Under the pieces are notes generated by a model. The model searched no databases. It was not told the origin of the DNA and worked only from the letters and a program-made list of their open reading frames with translations. The translations under genes and the position numbers were made by a program. A stretch of 63,999 bases of DNA, counting the filler, from Dirinaria sp. TL-2023a (Eukaryota): NCBI GenBank assembly GCA_051941275.1. It is 6 parts of 6 records of this genome, joined end to end, with 100 filler letters (N's around TTAATTAATTAA, not from the genome) between each part and the next. Parts side by side here need not be neighbours in the genome. Positions count along the whole stretch, not along the records: positions 32,819 to 43,614 come from JAVEBF010000904.1; positions 43,715 to 54,505 come from JAVEBF010000905.1; 4 more parts are not named here. One strand, written 5' to 3'. The stretch's first letter is position 1. Every line of letters begins with the position of its first letter. Below are positions 34,354-46,574 of the stretch, piece by piece.

Positions 34354-35618
34354 TCATGTGCAGGCGACCGCACATCCTGTAGGTGCTGCTTCATTTGTAC
34401 ACCCTGCAGGTACGTCGCAGGTCGACGTTGGAGCAGGAGCGGCGGTCGAGCAAGCAAAGGTTGTGGTGGCTGGTAGAGTAGTCCAACCACAAACCGCACC
34501 CGTCGTCTGCGTCACATATTTCAAAGTCGAGTCCCCACACTCGCACCAACCTGTACTGTCTGCGATCGCTGCACACGTGTTTTGCGGATCCGCAACATGC
34601 TCGCACGATACCGTTGCCGAAGTGCCAGAAGATGACGTAGTGGTAGGAGTTGCCCCGGTGGCGGAAGCCCGATCAAGGGACTTCCCGCTCCAGGTGGACA
34701 GAAAGTCGATACATCCTTGGTAGTGGAGGCTTGCGTATGACGTGAAATAGGATTTCACGTCCGCATTACCTACGCTTGAGAGTTGATCACCGATGTCGTT
34801 CACTGTACCAGACATAAGGGCATCTTTATTGTCCGACAGATACTTCTGCACGGCAGGTCCAAAGAAATTGAAGAACGTAGCGCCGTCACCCGAGCTAGGT
34901 CCACCTTTACCCGTAAGGTTGCCGGTGAAGACTTGCTTCTTGAAAGAATTGAGGGCATTGGGAATGCCTTGCAAGTTTTTAAGATTGGTCACTGCGCTTG
35001 CAATCGCACTGTTTTCTGGACCCTTGGTAAAGACAGCGCTCGTCGCTGAAGCCCATACGCCGCTGGGAATGCTAGCTGGGCGAGAAGATTTAAAAAATTC
35101 GCCAATCACTTGTAGTTCGAAGATATGGTCCACGTTCCAGGGATTTGGGCCCCTTATCTGGTTCGGATCACTGGGCTTTGGAATCGGCGTATTCTCAGGA
35201 CCCGTAGAAGTAAAGGCGGTGAATGACGCAGCTGCGTCCGAGGCTGCGGTGTCAACTTGGAACCAAGTTGCGGTAGGCTGATTGGTGTAGACAGCCCGAG
35301 CAGACACAGCTGTGTCATCACGTAAGTCACTTGCACGTACGAATATAGAGAGGTATCGTCCTTACCACTTCTTAGTGCATCCGTGCCATCAGCAAGAATC
35401 TGCGCCGAATCTTCATCTTCAGGTTCAATTCCCGATGGGTCTTGGGCGCTCTGAGGGCCTGGATCTTGTCTTCGGAAATTCTTAAGATCTATAACATCTA
35501 GGGCCTTAGTGCCGCTGAAGGGTGACGCGTGTACAATAGAAACCTGTGCCAGAGTAGCAAGAGTAAGAAGAAGAGCAAGAAGGCGTCTAGAAAGAGCCAG
35601 ATTGACTTGAGTGACCAT
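34354..35618 (-). CDS. Secreted ~402-aa protein with HNH-like motif and Cys-rich C-terminal module
   Basis: Signal peptide and acidic propeptide. Intron 35310-35365 joins ORFs 35154-35618 and 34354-35307 in frame. VDHIFELQ...NLKNLQGIPNALNSFK motif, Thr/Ser linker, Cys-rich tail. Confidence 0.8.
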
Positions 35619-36868
35619 TTTGCGATATATAATATAGACGAGCCCCCAGTTCAGGGCGAAAGTCTTATTGTGAAGACAAGTGCAAAATGTACAAGCGGGG
35701 TGAAGATGACTTCAAATACTTATCTACATTCAGCTCAAAGAGCTGCGTAAGCTCGAAGGTGATTGAACCTCATTTTGAAACTCTCTCATCTGTTTTGTGG
35801 GTCATATAGCATAGCCGCAGTATCACTGTATCAAGAACATTCGTACTACATCAAGCCAACCGTTCAGGCAGGAGGAATCTCGGCGCAGCAGAGAAGATGG
35901 TGTGATGCCCGAGTCGAAGGAGGTGAGAAATAGCGAGCGTTACCGGCTGAACAAATGCCGAGCAATGAATGGAAACAAGCACGGAACTCCAACGTGCACT
36001 TCTTAATGAAGACGATCTGAAGCAAGCGCTTTAGAGTGATGACATCCTTCGCAGTTGGCTGATTCATTCTCTGCATGATGATCCCGTATTGATATAAGGC
36101 AGCTAGAATAATTGATTGCATGGTAGCCTCGCCTTTCGGATCATTGAAGTGCGCACGAGATATGTGGAAGAAAGGCTGAGCCTCCGCCGCATGACGAAGC
36201 CTGGAGTATCGTTTCGAATACTGATACTCAAATACGATCTTTATCGCGGGACTAAGAGCAACGATAGCATCTTTGTACAACTAATGACAGATAGTATTCG
36301 ATGCAAATTTCTTGATGATTCGTCCGATATACGATGCATTGATTATAGAGCCTCAGGACCGGCGCCTGTCGCATTGAAATCGCTGTCAAAAGTCAGGAGA
36401 AGGCAAGAAAATGTTGTATGGCGCTCGATGCCAATCTAAAATCATGTTTCAACACAAAGCGCCCCCAATACATTGTGGTGTTGGTTGAAGCTGAAGTGAA
36501 AAGTGACGGTCATGCATACCTTAGCGAGATTGCCTCACTTGGGAAGCGAGTTGATTGGATTTTTTGTACCGAGAATAGCAGAAGCCACCCTCCATCTTTA
36601 TGCACGCAGCCAATGACCGTCGGACCTTATGCAGCTGCGCCACATCGGCTTTCATGCGTCAACTTGAAACCGCGTACTCGTATCCATCACACACATTCTT
36701 TTTCGAGCCTCTTCATTCATTTGCGTGTCAGATCTGTAACGACAAATATTCTGTTTGTGCGTCGCGCCGCCAAGGACAGGTTGTCACTGTCATTGCGTTC
36801 TCATAAGCGTCCAGGCAGTTGAGAACCATCGTCTTCAGCACGATTATCAGTCTCAATACCATTACACA

Positions 36869-38855
36869 ATGGCTTCCAGAAAACAAATTGGGTGGACAGT
36901 ACCTGGTTTCGGCTTGCCGTTGAGATGGCCCGAGATGCGCAGTGTTCGATGGCAACCCTTATTTCAGCCTGACGAGAACACGCTGCTGTTGTCTGCGCTG
37001 GACGCGTCAGAAAATCCGTAAGCTTTTGATGAAGACCTTCCTTCCGTTTGGAGAGCAAGAGTAGATTAAACATTGATTATGTGAGCAGTAAATTCTGCTA
37101 TACCGTGCGAGAGCGCACCATGATAGCTCTCATTAACGAGCTGACTGATGCACCGGACTGGCAGCGCAAAGTCTTTGATCCAGAGTACACTTTCAAGTGG
37201 AAAAGCGGATTGGTGATGTCTGGAAGGGATATCACTAGATCAATGGCCGATTGGGTGGGCAGACTCATGAATTACCGCTCCGTACCAGTATGCTAAGGTA
37301 AATTAGTGTGTGGAGGAGGTAAAGTACCATGCACACTCATATCTCACATCTTTAGCCGTTCCTACCATAGACGGTGGTATCTCTAAGTCCGACACACGAG
37401 TCCCCCTTATCGATCATATGGAGCTCCAAAGAGCCATTTCTTCTCTCCCTCGAGGAAAGCGAACAAATGCCAGCAATCGCACAACCACAGACCTGGTAGA
37501 TCCATATTTATTTCCCTTTGCGTTTGAAAAAACGAAAACTCTGAGACGAGGCCAATTGCGGCTGTCTGACTGTATTCAACGTGCTGGAGAAGGCGAGCCA
37601 GTGAGAATGCCGTCTGAAGCAGACTGTACTCAGACAGATCCGGCCAAATATCCAAATGATATGGCGTGGTCGCGACTCTTTCAATATCTTCCTTTTAATG
37701 TTGAGTTTTCTAGCAAGGGTGAAGGGACTTGCCGGTAAATCTGGCACCAAAGAGATAATGCTCTCGCTGATCACGCACCACAGTATAACAAGCTACATCA
37801 ATGACGTAAACCCGGCATCATATCTGTCTTTCTACAGTATTCTGGAAAAGCTCATTGATACGACTATTCCGATGTTCAACGAAACTTTAATCGAGCTGAA
37901 GGCGCCTGGGTACCAAGATCAGCGGTTTCACGTCGCTGAGCTCGGGCGAGAGCCCATGATCGTGAAGGAGCCAGGCGCATTCCGTCCCCCAGAACAACGC
38001 ACACCGGTACGGGATTTTGTCGACTCAGAAGGTCACTACAGAGACTGGTTATTTATCAACCTGAAAAAAGAGTTCTGGAATGTAGGGTTGCAATTTGTCC
38101 TCAGAGTCACCGAAGTGAAACTCGACCCCGAGAAGACAAAGTACGAGGGCGAGGAGTGGCATATCGAAGGACAAGAGGTAAAATATCCTCCTTTTGTATC
38201 CCCCGCCCTTCTTTTCCGTAACCAGTGCAGATGATATTGACGCAAGGTCTTCGAAACGTAGAATGAGCGCATCTGCGCCACAGCAATCTATATCTCCTCT
38301 GTCCGTAACATTCACCCCGCACCAACACTCGCGTTCCGTCGCCGCGTCCACGTCGAAGAAGCCATGCTTGCTAAAGACTACATCCAGTCCCCGCCATGGG
38401 CACCCGATCTTTATGGAGCCCGCGACGGCGACCCCGTCATCCAGCACATGGGCGACATTGTGCTGCGCGAACGCCGACTTGTAACATATCCCAACACCTT
38501 CCAGACACGCCTCATGCCCTTCGAACTAGACGACAAAGCAAAGCCCGGCTACTTCCAATACATGGTATTGCACTTGATCGATCCTAACCGCCGCGCTATG
38601 AGTTCAGCCATGGTACCTGTGCAGCGGCGGGATTGGTGGGCTTGGGAGTTGAGGCGGTCGTGCGCCCCACTTTGGCGGTTACCGCTGGAGATCTTTGAAC
38701 GCATTGTAGATATGGTCGACGGGTACCCGTTGTCTGTCGAGCAAGGGTATGAGATGAGAAGGGAGTTTAAGGAGGAGCGAGAGCGATTTCGTGAGAAGCA
38801 TACACAGGCGATGATGGATTATCTGACGTGGGATCTCGATTGGAATGATGAGTAA
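36869..38855 (+). CDS. DUF4246 family protein (2OG-Fe(II) oxygenase-like fold), multi-exon
   Basis: PGFGLPL, TVRERTMIALINELTDAPDWQRKVFD, DLVDPYLFPF, WSRLFQYLP, ITSYINDVNP, YEGEEWHIEG, PFELDDKAKPG, LIDPNRR...VPVQRRDWW. Confidence 0.88.
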
Positions 38856-40875
38856 GTCCGACTCCTGTCTTTCTACAGCCGCAGAAGATGATAAGGTGGG
38901 GATATCTCTGTAAATGGTACCAGGTAGATAAAGAGACTAACTATCAATTAGATGGGTGCGAGTATAGATTTCCTGGACCGCGTAGGAAATAAGCGACTGT
39001 ATCATATCGGTAATACTGTAAAGATCGCCAAATACCTGCTATATTATAGTGAGGTCATCGAGAAATGCAAAGCAACGACTGTTGCTGTGACCGCTTTTTG
39101 GCGCGCTCTCGTAGTAATTCGCTTTCCATATCTTCTCAGCAAGAAAATATCCATAAGAATCTTAATACAAGACAAGATGTACTAGGTTTAGTCTGTCGAT
39201 CCGCCTTCTTAATTGCTTGTTCTCGAATTGACATGATGATGATCATTAGCGTGCTCTCTGTTTCTAAGTACCGATGTGATGCTCATGATAGTTATTGACA
39301 ATATAGAATTCCAGCAAGGTTTGAAATATATTGAAGTCTTCAAAATAAACAACATATTACATCCTTGTTGTATTGTATTATATACTGATCTTTGATCTCA
39401 TGAAGGCACTGATGGCCTTCCGACCTTCGGTCTAATGATGGCATCTCTGGTGCATCTTATACGTCTGATTTTCATTTGGGAGCATTTTTGCCGGATGTTT
39501 CGCTCCTTTGATCTCACATGCGCTTTCTACTATAGGCATGAATCGTGATTATGTTAGTCAAGCGCAGAAAGTGTGCAATAATCGTCCACAACGGAGTATT
39601 ATCTAGGCATAGGAGGGTATTCGCCGGACATGATACCAAGTAGGGCGTTGAGTAGCAGATGATGGATTTTTGGAGGCTATACGAATTATAGAGTCGGCAT
39701 CTCCGGCTTGTCTTTCTGTTGTAAGCTGCTGCTGCTCTGTTGCTTCTTTTTTTCAGAATAGTCGAAAGGCCATACCATCAAAGAGAAAAGGTGGAGAAGG
39801 CACTTCTTTGGGCTGGTCCAATTTTGTTCGAGTGGGAAGATGTTGCACCATGGCTTTATATCGATGATTCTCTCCGTTCAATGCTCGAATGCGTTGGAGG
39901 CGTGTTATAGTAGGTATATCATTCATGCATGTCCCGCCCTCATTTTTAAGACGATGCTTGCTTTGTCTGCTTCTCGTGCAATACACGAGGGAAGGCAGAG
40001 CGTGCTCCCCAGTCGTACAGGCTTGGATTAATCCTTCCATCTAGAGCCTGTGAGGTAGTGTTCAAGATTTGATGGCAGTTCAAATAAAAGGGAAGATGAG
40101 CCTCGGATGAAATCTTTGGTGCTTCAAATGATGCAATTCTTTCTATTTTGAAAAAGTCTGGAGCGAGGCGCAGCGTCACAGAAATTTGTCTTGTGGGCTT
40201 GGACCTCGGAGGCTGTATGCTAGTGATCATATATCTGGCTTCTTTCGGCGTGGTCAACTATGCGAAACACATTTGAAGCAATTCGGCTAAACCCATATCC
40301 AAGCCTTATCTTGTCCTATCAACGCGTAAGGATTCGCATTTTCGGCATGCGACTGAATGATCATTTACTCATCTTTCTGCATTCTTTCGAAACCTTGCGG
40401 AGGCCAATACGAGACTCTGTCTTTGATTTGCAAAGGTTTGTTCTATCGCTCAATCGCGGTGCTATCATTTCAAAATAGAGGGAGTAGACCACAACGCTTG
40501 CATGGCTTGAAAAACATAGCTTGGTCTTAGCCGTTGATTGCTTCTGTCATTTGAGCAAGCGCTGCGTCTCATGTCTTTCCAATACAAATAGATATTGATC
40601 CAACGACAGGTAACAACTACGTGGCTCCGATAATGCCACGAACCCGATCGTCGCTGCTGTCGCAAGCTAACATTGAAATTCCATGATTGGGGGTTCAATG
40701 AAAGCTCAAAGCATGTTTCGTCCACCACGGTCGTCTCCAACAAGACCTAAAAGTTTTCGTATTATCAGCTTAGTATAAGCTCATTACCCACACCCGCAAG
40801 GCAGCTCTCGACTTGGCTAGCTGTGGTGGAGATTAAAGTGCTTGGAGATGATATCAGATACATCCGAGCCGACCA

Positions 40876-41817
40876 TCAGTGACACCTTATGTCAATCGAG
40901 CGTGGCTCTTGTGGTTCCGAGCTTAGCTCTCGTAGATTGGACACCCCAGAGACCTCAAAGTGTGCAGTATTCTGATTTGCAGTCCAGAATCCTAGCTGCT
41001 CGATTTCCTTTCTATGGTTCTCGGATTCAATTGCTAACCGTTGCTTCTCTTCGGCCAAGGCCCGATTTTGCCGTTTCTCCCGTAAGAACATTATCGCAGT
41101 ACCGAGCAGCGCTATGGCCAAGGGTATTCCAGTGCCTAAAGCAGCAGCTATCAGCTTGCCAGTCGCTGCTGCTGGTTCGAACTGGGCTGTAGCTGGGTTT
41201 GTCGAGCAGAGAGGGGTTACAGTAGAGGTCAGGGTCGGTTCTGTTAACGCTGCCGTAGCTGTCGATACTTGAATGAATGACGCTGTCGTAGCTGTCGATG
41301 CTTGACTTGTTGACTCAACGGTAATCGTATCCAAAGAGCACAGAGAAGCTATGCTATCTTCTGGCCCGATTGCTGTTTGGTTGGGCCTTAAAGCTATTAC
41401 GCCATTAGGGATCGAAAATTTGCTGGAGTGACAGTCACCACACGACCAAAGGTCTTCCGAACACGTGTGGAGAATGAGTCCTCTGTTGGGGCTCGCTACA
41501 ACCCTTAGCGTCAGTAAGACGAGATGCGAATGATCGAAATTGGCATCCCAATACCTACACTCTCTGCATCCACTCGGGCAAACAGATGACACCCAGTTCG
41601 GGTCGGTGCAAGAGCCTCTGGCAGGTCTCAAGCCGGTCAAACAGAGGCCATTGTCAAGACAATAATCTTTGGCGCCACAACACACAGAATAGTTAGAGCC
41701 GCTGTTACAGGGAACGTCTGGACTTGGTGTGCCATCTGGAAAATAGCATTGCGTACAAAGAGAGACTTGAACACTGAATGAGACAGTGATGAGCCTGAGA
41801 GCAGTGTATAGAAGCAT
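40876..41817 (-). CDS. Type I membrane protein with Cys-rich ectodomain (Mid2-like architecture)
   Basis: Signal peptide; CYFPDG...PC...VCC...YCLDNGLC...RGSCTDPNW...CP..C; Thr-rich stalk; TM helix ALGTGIPLAIALLGTAIMFL followed by REKR. Probable 63-nt intron at 41496-41558. Confidence 0.85.
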   Translation of the reverse strand: MLLYTALRLITVSFSVQVSLCTQCYFPDGTPSPDVPCNSGSNYSVCCGAKDYCLDNGLCLTGLRPARGSCTDPNWVSSVCPSGCRECRYWDANFDHSHLVLLTLRVVASPNRGLILHTCSEDLWSCGDCHSSKFSIPNGVIALRPNQTAIGPEDSIASLCSLDTITVESTSQASTATTASFIQVSTATAALTEPTLTSTVTPLCSTNPATAQFEPAAATGKLIAAALGTGIPLAIALLGTAIMFLREKRQNRALAEEKQRLAIESENHRKEIEQLGFWTANQNTAHFEVSGVSNLRELSSEPQEPRSIDIRCH

Positions 41818-43101
41818 GCCTGTCCGTCACAGGCACAGGCAACAGGTGGGAAACCAAATAGAGATAGACAGAGGGTGAAAAAGCTCAGCGACTCCAGAAA
41901 CATACTATATAAACCATCCAAGGGAGTTCAACTCCGATTGGGCCATCAAGTTTCCAACGTAGGAGCTGAGGCGGCTTTTTGATTGATCTGTCGCATATCA
42001 TGAATTTCTTCATCTCGCTTTCGCTGTACAAATGATTGAGTTGCCGCTTTTGCAGTTCAGTATGGGGCTATGCACGAAATGTGCCCCACGTACGCAGCAA
42101 AAACGTAGAACAGGCAAGAGGTGAGACGAAGAAAAGACCAATGACTGGATGATGATACATCTGCTGCATATGCAGGCAAGGTATGTGCGCGAGGATCATA
42201 AACGGCAAGGCTGGATATAGCAGCAGTGCCTTGCTTTGCGTGTTCGTGAAACCTCATGAGCGATCAATCTCGGTCCATATTCCGATAAAGTACGACTGGT
42301 AAGCCCACGCCCAAGGCCTTGTAGATGAACCTACCTCGCAGGTTCTTGAGGACAATAGTGTCCATAACCGCCTACGGCATATTTCGGAGTCTGGTAGCGT
42401 CGCCTTGTGCCTTATATCACATTGACGCAATCTTACCTTGCTTCTATGTTCTATGCCAGATCTTCGGTAGCCTCTTTCTGCCTTGTCCTCATGCTACCTT
42501 ACGTAATGAAGTTTCAAACCCTGGATCAGCCCTACATCTGAGACTCTTGGTATTATGGGATCTGCGTCAGCACGGAAATGCTTTGCTTGCTCGTTTTGTC
42601 ATCATCGATCATGCTTCATCACCAAACAAGTTCGCCGATCGAGATATATGTCTTTTCCCCTCGTATCATCAAGTAATGGTATCGAGCGAATATCTTTCAG
42701 CCATAAATAAGCGACCGGAAAACTTGTACCTCAAAAGACCTCTCAGCGAACCACTCAGTGGCGTTAGTTCGTCGACCTCAAAGCAAAAGCGTGATCCTGC
42801 CTTCAAATACGCACGTCTCGCTGAGTTGCAAATGGAGAGTGATGAAGAAGGATTGAGAAGGTTGCTCGACTCGCGGTCTCGAGGCTCCTCCCCTGTTCTT
42901 GCCTTCCTTCATTTAACCCAATTCATCTGACAGCTTGTTGAGCATATGCAAGGTAGAGCTCCATGAACTCGCCTCATGAAAAAATCATGGATTTCAAGGA
43001 AATTTTTGATCGCTACAGAAGCCACGCAAGGCTCTCATCGCTGAGAAGGTTTAAATGCGATTAATCATGCAAACCTCCCATTCCCCTACATCAGCTAAGA
43101 A

Positions 43102-43614
43102 TCAGAACTTAATCCCACACCGCTGCAAACAAGCCTTCGGCCCATCCGAAAAAGACTTCGGAATCGCAGCATCAAACTGCCGAATATTGGTTCCATCAAG
43201 CTGATCCGGAAACCCCAAATCCGCATCGACAACATCCGGGTCCAAAGCGAAGAAATTCTTCCCGATCGTGCTCAGCCCGGGATCCTCATTACTGAACGCC
43301 GCAAGAAACACCGCCGGCTCGCAATTATCGTTGAACTCGTAATGGATGCTGCCCTGCGGGAACAGCGCGCCCTGGTACAGGGACAGGGTGGTGCTGAACT
43401 GGGTCGTCAGGCCGTTTTCGAGGATGAAACCCGTTTTCACATTGGCGCCGTGGGCCAGCGTAAGGAATTCCGTGGCGCGCGGGTGGATGTGCGGTTTGTT
43501 CATGCCGCAGGGGTTCATGAAGCCGGCGGACATGGCGACGCCGAGGTCGATGAGCGCGGGGAAGGTCTTGCGGTTCGCGAGGTCGCCCTGCCCGCCTACC
43601 CCTTTGCCGCCACC
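43102..43614 (-). CDS. Spherulin/germin-like cupin, 3' part only
   Basis: Germin box PCGMNKPHIHPRATEF and FPQGSIHYEFN...AFSNEDPG. Confidence 0.9.
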   Translation of the reverse strand, partial: GGGKGVGGQGDLANRKTFPALIDLGVAMSAGFMNPCGMNKPHIHPRATEFLTLAHGANVKTGFILENGLTTQFSTTLSLYQGALFPQGSIHYEFNDNCEPAVFLAAFSNEDPGLSTIGKNFFALDPDVVDADLGFPDQLDGTNIRQFDAAIPKSFSDGPKACLQRCGIKF

Positions 43615-43714
43615 NNNNNNNNNNNNNNNNNNNNNNNNNNNNNNNNNNNNNNNNNNNNTTAATTAATTAANNNNNNNNNNNNNNNNNNNNNNNNNNNNNN
43701 NNNNNNNNNNNNNN
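43615..43714. other. Artificial contig linker
   Basis: N44-TTAATTAATTAA-N44. Confidence 0.99.
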
Positions 43715-44284
43715 GGATATAGGTCATGGGGGGAAAGGAGGCGCGGGTATTAGACAGAAGTTAGTGGTATATACATGACATTTTTTTGGTAGAATCCCAT
43801 ACCATCGATGTGCGATGAAGAATTTTCTGAGGAAATTCTCTTTTTTCCTGACGCTTTTTTAGCCAGAGCCTTTTTATAGACCTACTTACAGTCTAGTGAT
43901 TCCCGTTCATGACACGCATCGGAAACCCCCAATTTCTCTCTCACTAAAGGCGAAGCCTGTTCTAAAGGCCGATATCGCTAGGGTTTATAGTATTCTATAG
44001 GGTTCATCGCGCTGTAAAATACTCCTAGCTCAGAATGAGTGCGGTTGTAGATCGTAGCATGAATTCCGGTTGGGATCGCTAGGGTTAATTTGTCTCTTTC
44101 TGCCTTACCTTAGGGTTCAGAAAGAATAACCCTGAGATATCCGAGAAGTGACTCTAGGGTAAGGTTTGAATGGTTGTGTTTTGGATGGGCGGGAATTTGA
44201 TTGGGGAGGGGGCGTTTATATGAACGCATTCAAACCCGCCAATCAATCTTTTCAAGGCATAGTTCCAATAGACGAAACAGTTTC

Positions 44285-44316
44285 ACTTCAAGACTTCAAG
44301 ACTTCAAGACTTCAAG
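44285..44316. repeat. (ACTTCAAG)x4 tandem repeat
   Basis: Four consecutive perfect 8-bp units. Confidence 0.9.
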
Positions 44317-46574
44317 AGACTTTTGTTTTCGACGGTACGCTCACTTTTTGGTTCAGCTCAATATATGGATTTACAGGGAAGTGAGCGCGAGATAATCGAT
44401 TACCATGGTTGCTTCAATTCAAGCGAAGGAGTAGAGTCTCTTGAGAAAGTCGGAGGCGGGAAAGGAAAAATTCTCGCGACCACTAGTGACTAGGGGACTT
44501 GCCCGGATTTCTTTCCCACCGCTTCAAGACATTCCCTCCTTGACAAGCTAAAAGGTAAGTCAAAGATCTTGAAAGAGAAGTTTTAGAACGCATCGAAATT
44601 TGTGAGTTGATCACGGGATGAGATTGAAGTGGCTGGGTTGAGAAGTTTCTCCTCGAGTGATTGCATGGAAGTACACCACCTTGGGCGGAGAATATCGTTG
44701 ATTCCGCTTATGCACTCATCAAACGATCGAACCGCAGAATCTCGAATATGCGAAGCGATTGCGTGGATGGCTTGACGCAGCAGCACACCATCATGTAAGT
44801 TTGATATATGTACGTTTCAAGGATACAGTGATTTTGGCGGAAGCAGCAACTGGAAGTACCATAAAAAGCCACTGCTCGCCAAGCGCCAACCAAGCGCCAA
44901 CTTTGACAGCGCTCCGGGCGCATACCGTATATCGTACCCAATAGGTGATCTACATACATACCAATGTACGTGGATCGATTCATCACCAGCGCCAATGCGA
45001 CCATCCGCGTCCTGCCGTCCTGCGTCATGTTCCCATCATCGGTTCCGTTCTACGAGAGTGCAAGTGTATCCGAGCCGTCAACTACGTAAAAAACGGGCCG
45101 AATTCACTCCATGTGCCCCGCCAAATCGGCCGAGAAGGCTGAACAGGGAGTAAAAGAAACAACATTGCTGCGGCGAGAACGTTCTACGCTCCTATTGAGC
45201 TTTGATGCGTTGAATGCCAGTACCTAGGAGCTGGAATGGTACTAGAATTTAGAGAAGGGGGGTTAATCTGTTGTAGCACTTCTATTGAGAGAGCTAGGCA
45301 CGGCTTGAAAGTGACAAGATGAGAGCAAGGGTAATTGAGTCGACACTTCGCCAATAAGACGCCTCAGGTGACTCGTCTCTCGTGCGTACCATCGCTCCAA
45401 GCGGTTCGGAATCCTGCGTCTTTAAATCCTTTACTGTGTGAGGGGGTCCTCCACATGGGAACTTGAGCGTTTGGGCGTCACAATTGTCAATATTGCTGCT
45501 ACCGTGATCTTGGATTAGGCGCTTGGGATCACCTACCTGCGCGCAGCTGTTTACGGATCCTTCGGGCGTCAGAGTGCATAATCGGTCACAAATCTCGTCT
45601 ACACTTGCACTTTCCCAAAACCAAAAAGCTCAACCGAAAAGAGAGAGACATCGTTGCACCACATGCAATTCGAATCACAAAACGACCGCATATATGCGTA
45701 TTGCTAGGACGATAAATGAGGTCATGTATGATATAAAGATGCATTTATTTTCGATCATCCGTTTTCTGGCAGTGTGCCACTATTACAGCTTCACTGACTT
45801 CGAAAACGTTCTCTAATGCGGTTTGCTTGTCTAGACCATTCGTTGGTCTTCCATACTTCCTAACAGTAAAGAAGCTCCTTCTGAGAGCATGGATTCAAAA
45901 GAAACATGTTGACGTCTAAGGGTACATACTAGTATCCAAGCGAACATATTGGCTGCGATGATCATCCCTGCTTCTGGCTAGTGATCTAAGACTCACACCT
46001 AACCGCCTCACGTCATCGAGGCGAGACTGCAAAAAATAGTGATCGTCGGTGGACGGTACCAGGATTCCCGGTAAGCCTCCGTACTCGAAAGGTTCGATTT
46101 AGATACCTTTGCAGCAAGAACAGGAGTTTCGTGCCGCAGCGGCAAACGCTTTGTCAACGCCAGTCCGACACCTGTTGTGTGACCCACCAACTTCAAAAAA
46201 TTGCTGCCCATACAATGGTGCTCTCTGGAACTTGGCAACCAACGGTATCCAACATGCCTTTCGACCCGCCGCATTCGACATGTGGTGTGGATAGAGAGAA
46301 GGTGATAACTCGAAGGAATTTTTTTTGGGACCGACTTTGTAGTCGGTAGTCTGTATGCAATTGACTGCTAGCGAGACTTGCCGCTCTATGCCTGTTTCGA
46401 TGGTAAAGGATTTTAAAGTCCTGCAGCAATGGCCAGCGTCTAGTTGTATAGTTGTATGCGTTTCTTTCTTCTTCTTCTTCTTTTTTTCCCTTTGATTTTT
46501 TAAATTCGTTTAACTCTTGCGATCAAAGTGTCGCAGTATTCTGATCGCACTGCAGTCCTTGCAAGACCACAACC

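Noticed and set aside
35864..36280. Immunity partner for the HNH-like protein
   Set aside because: Only a non-ATG ORF with no motif; nothing supports it as a gene.
42325..42930. 201-aa ORF
   Set aside because: No recognisable domain or coding-like features; likely spurious.
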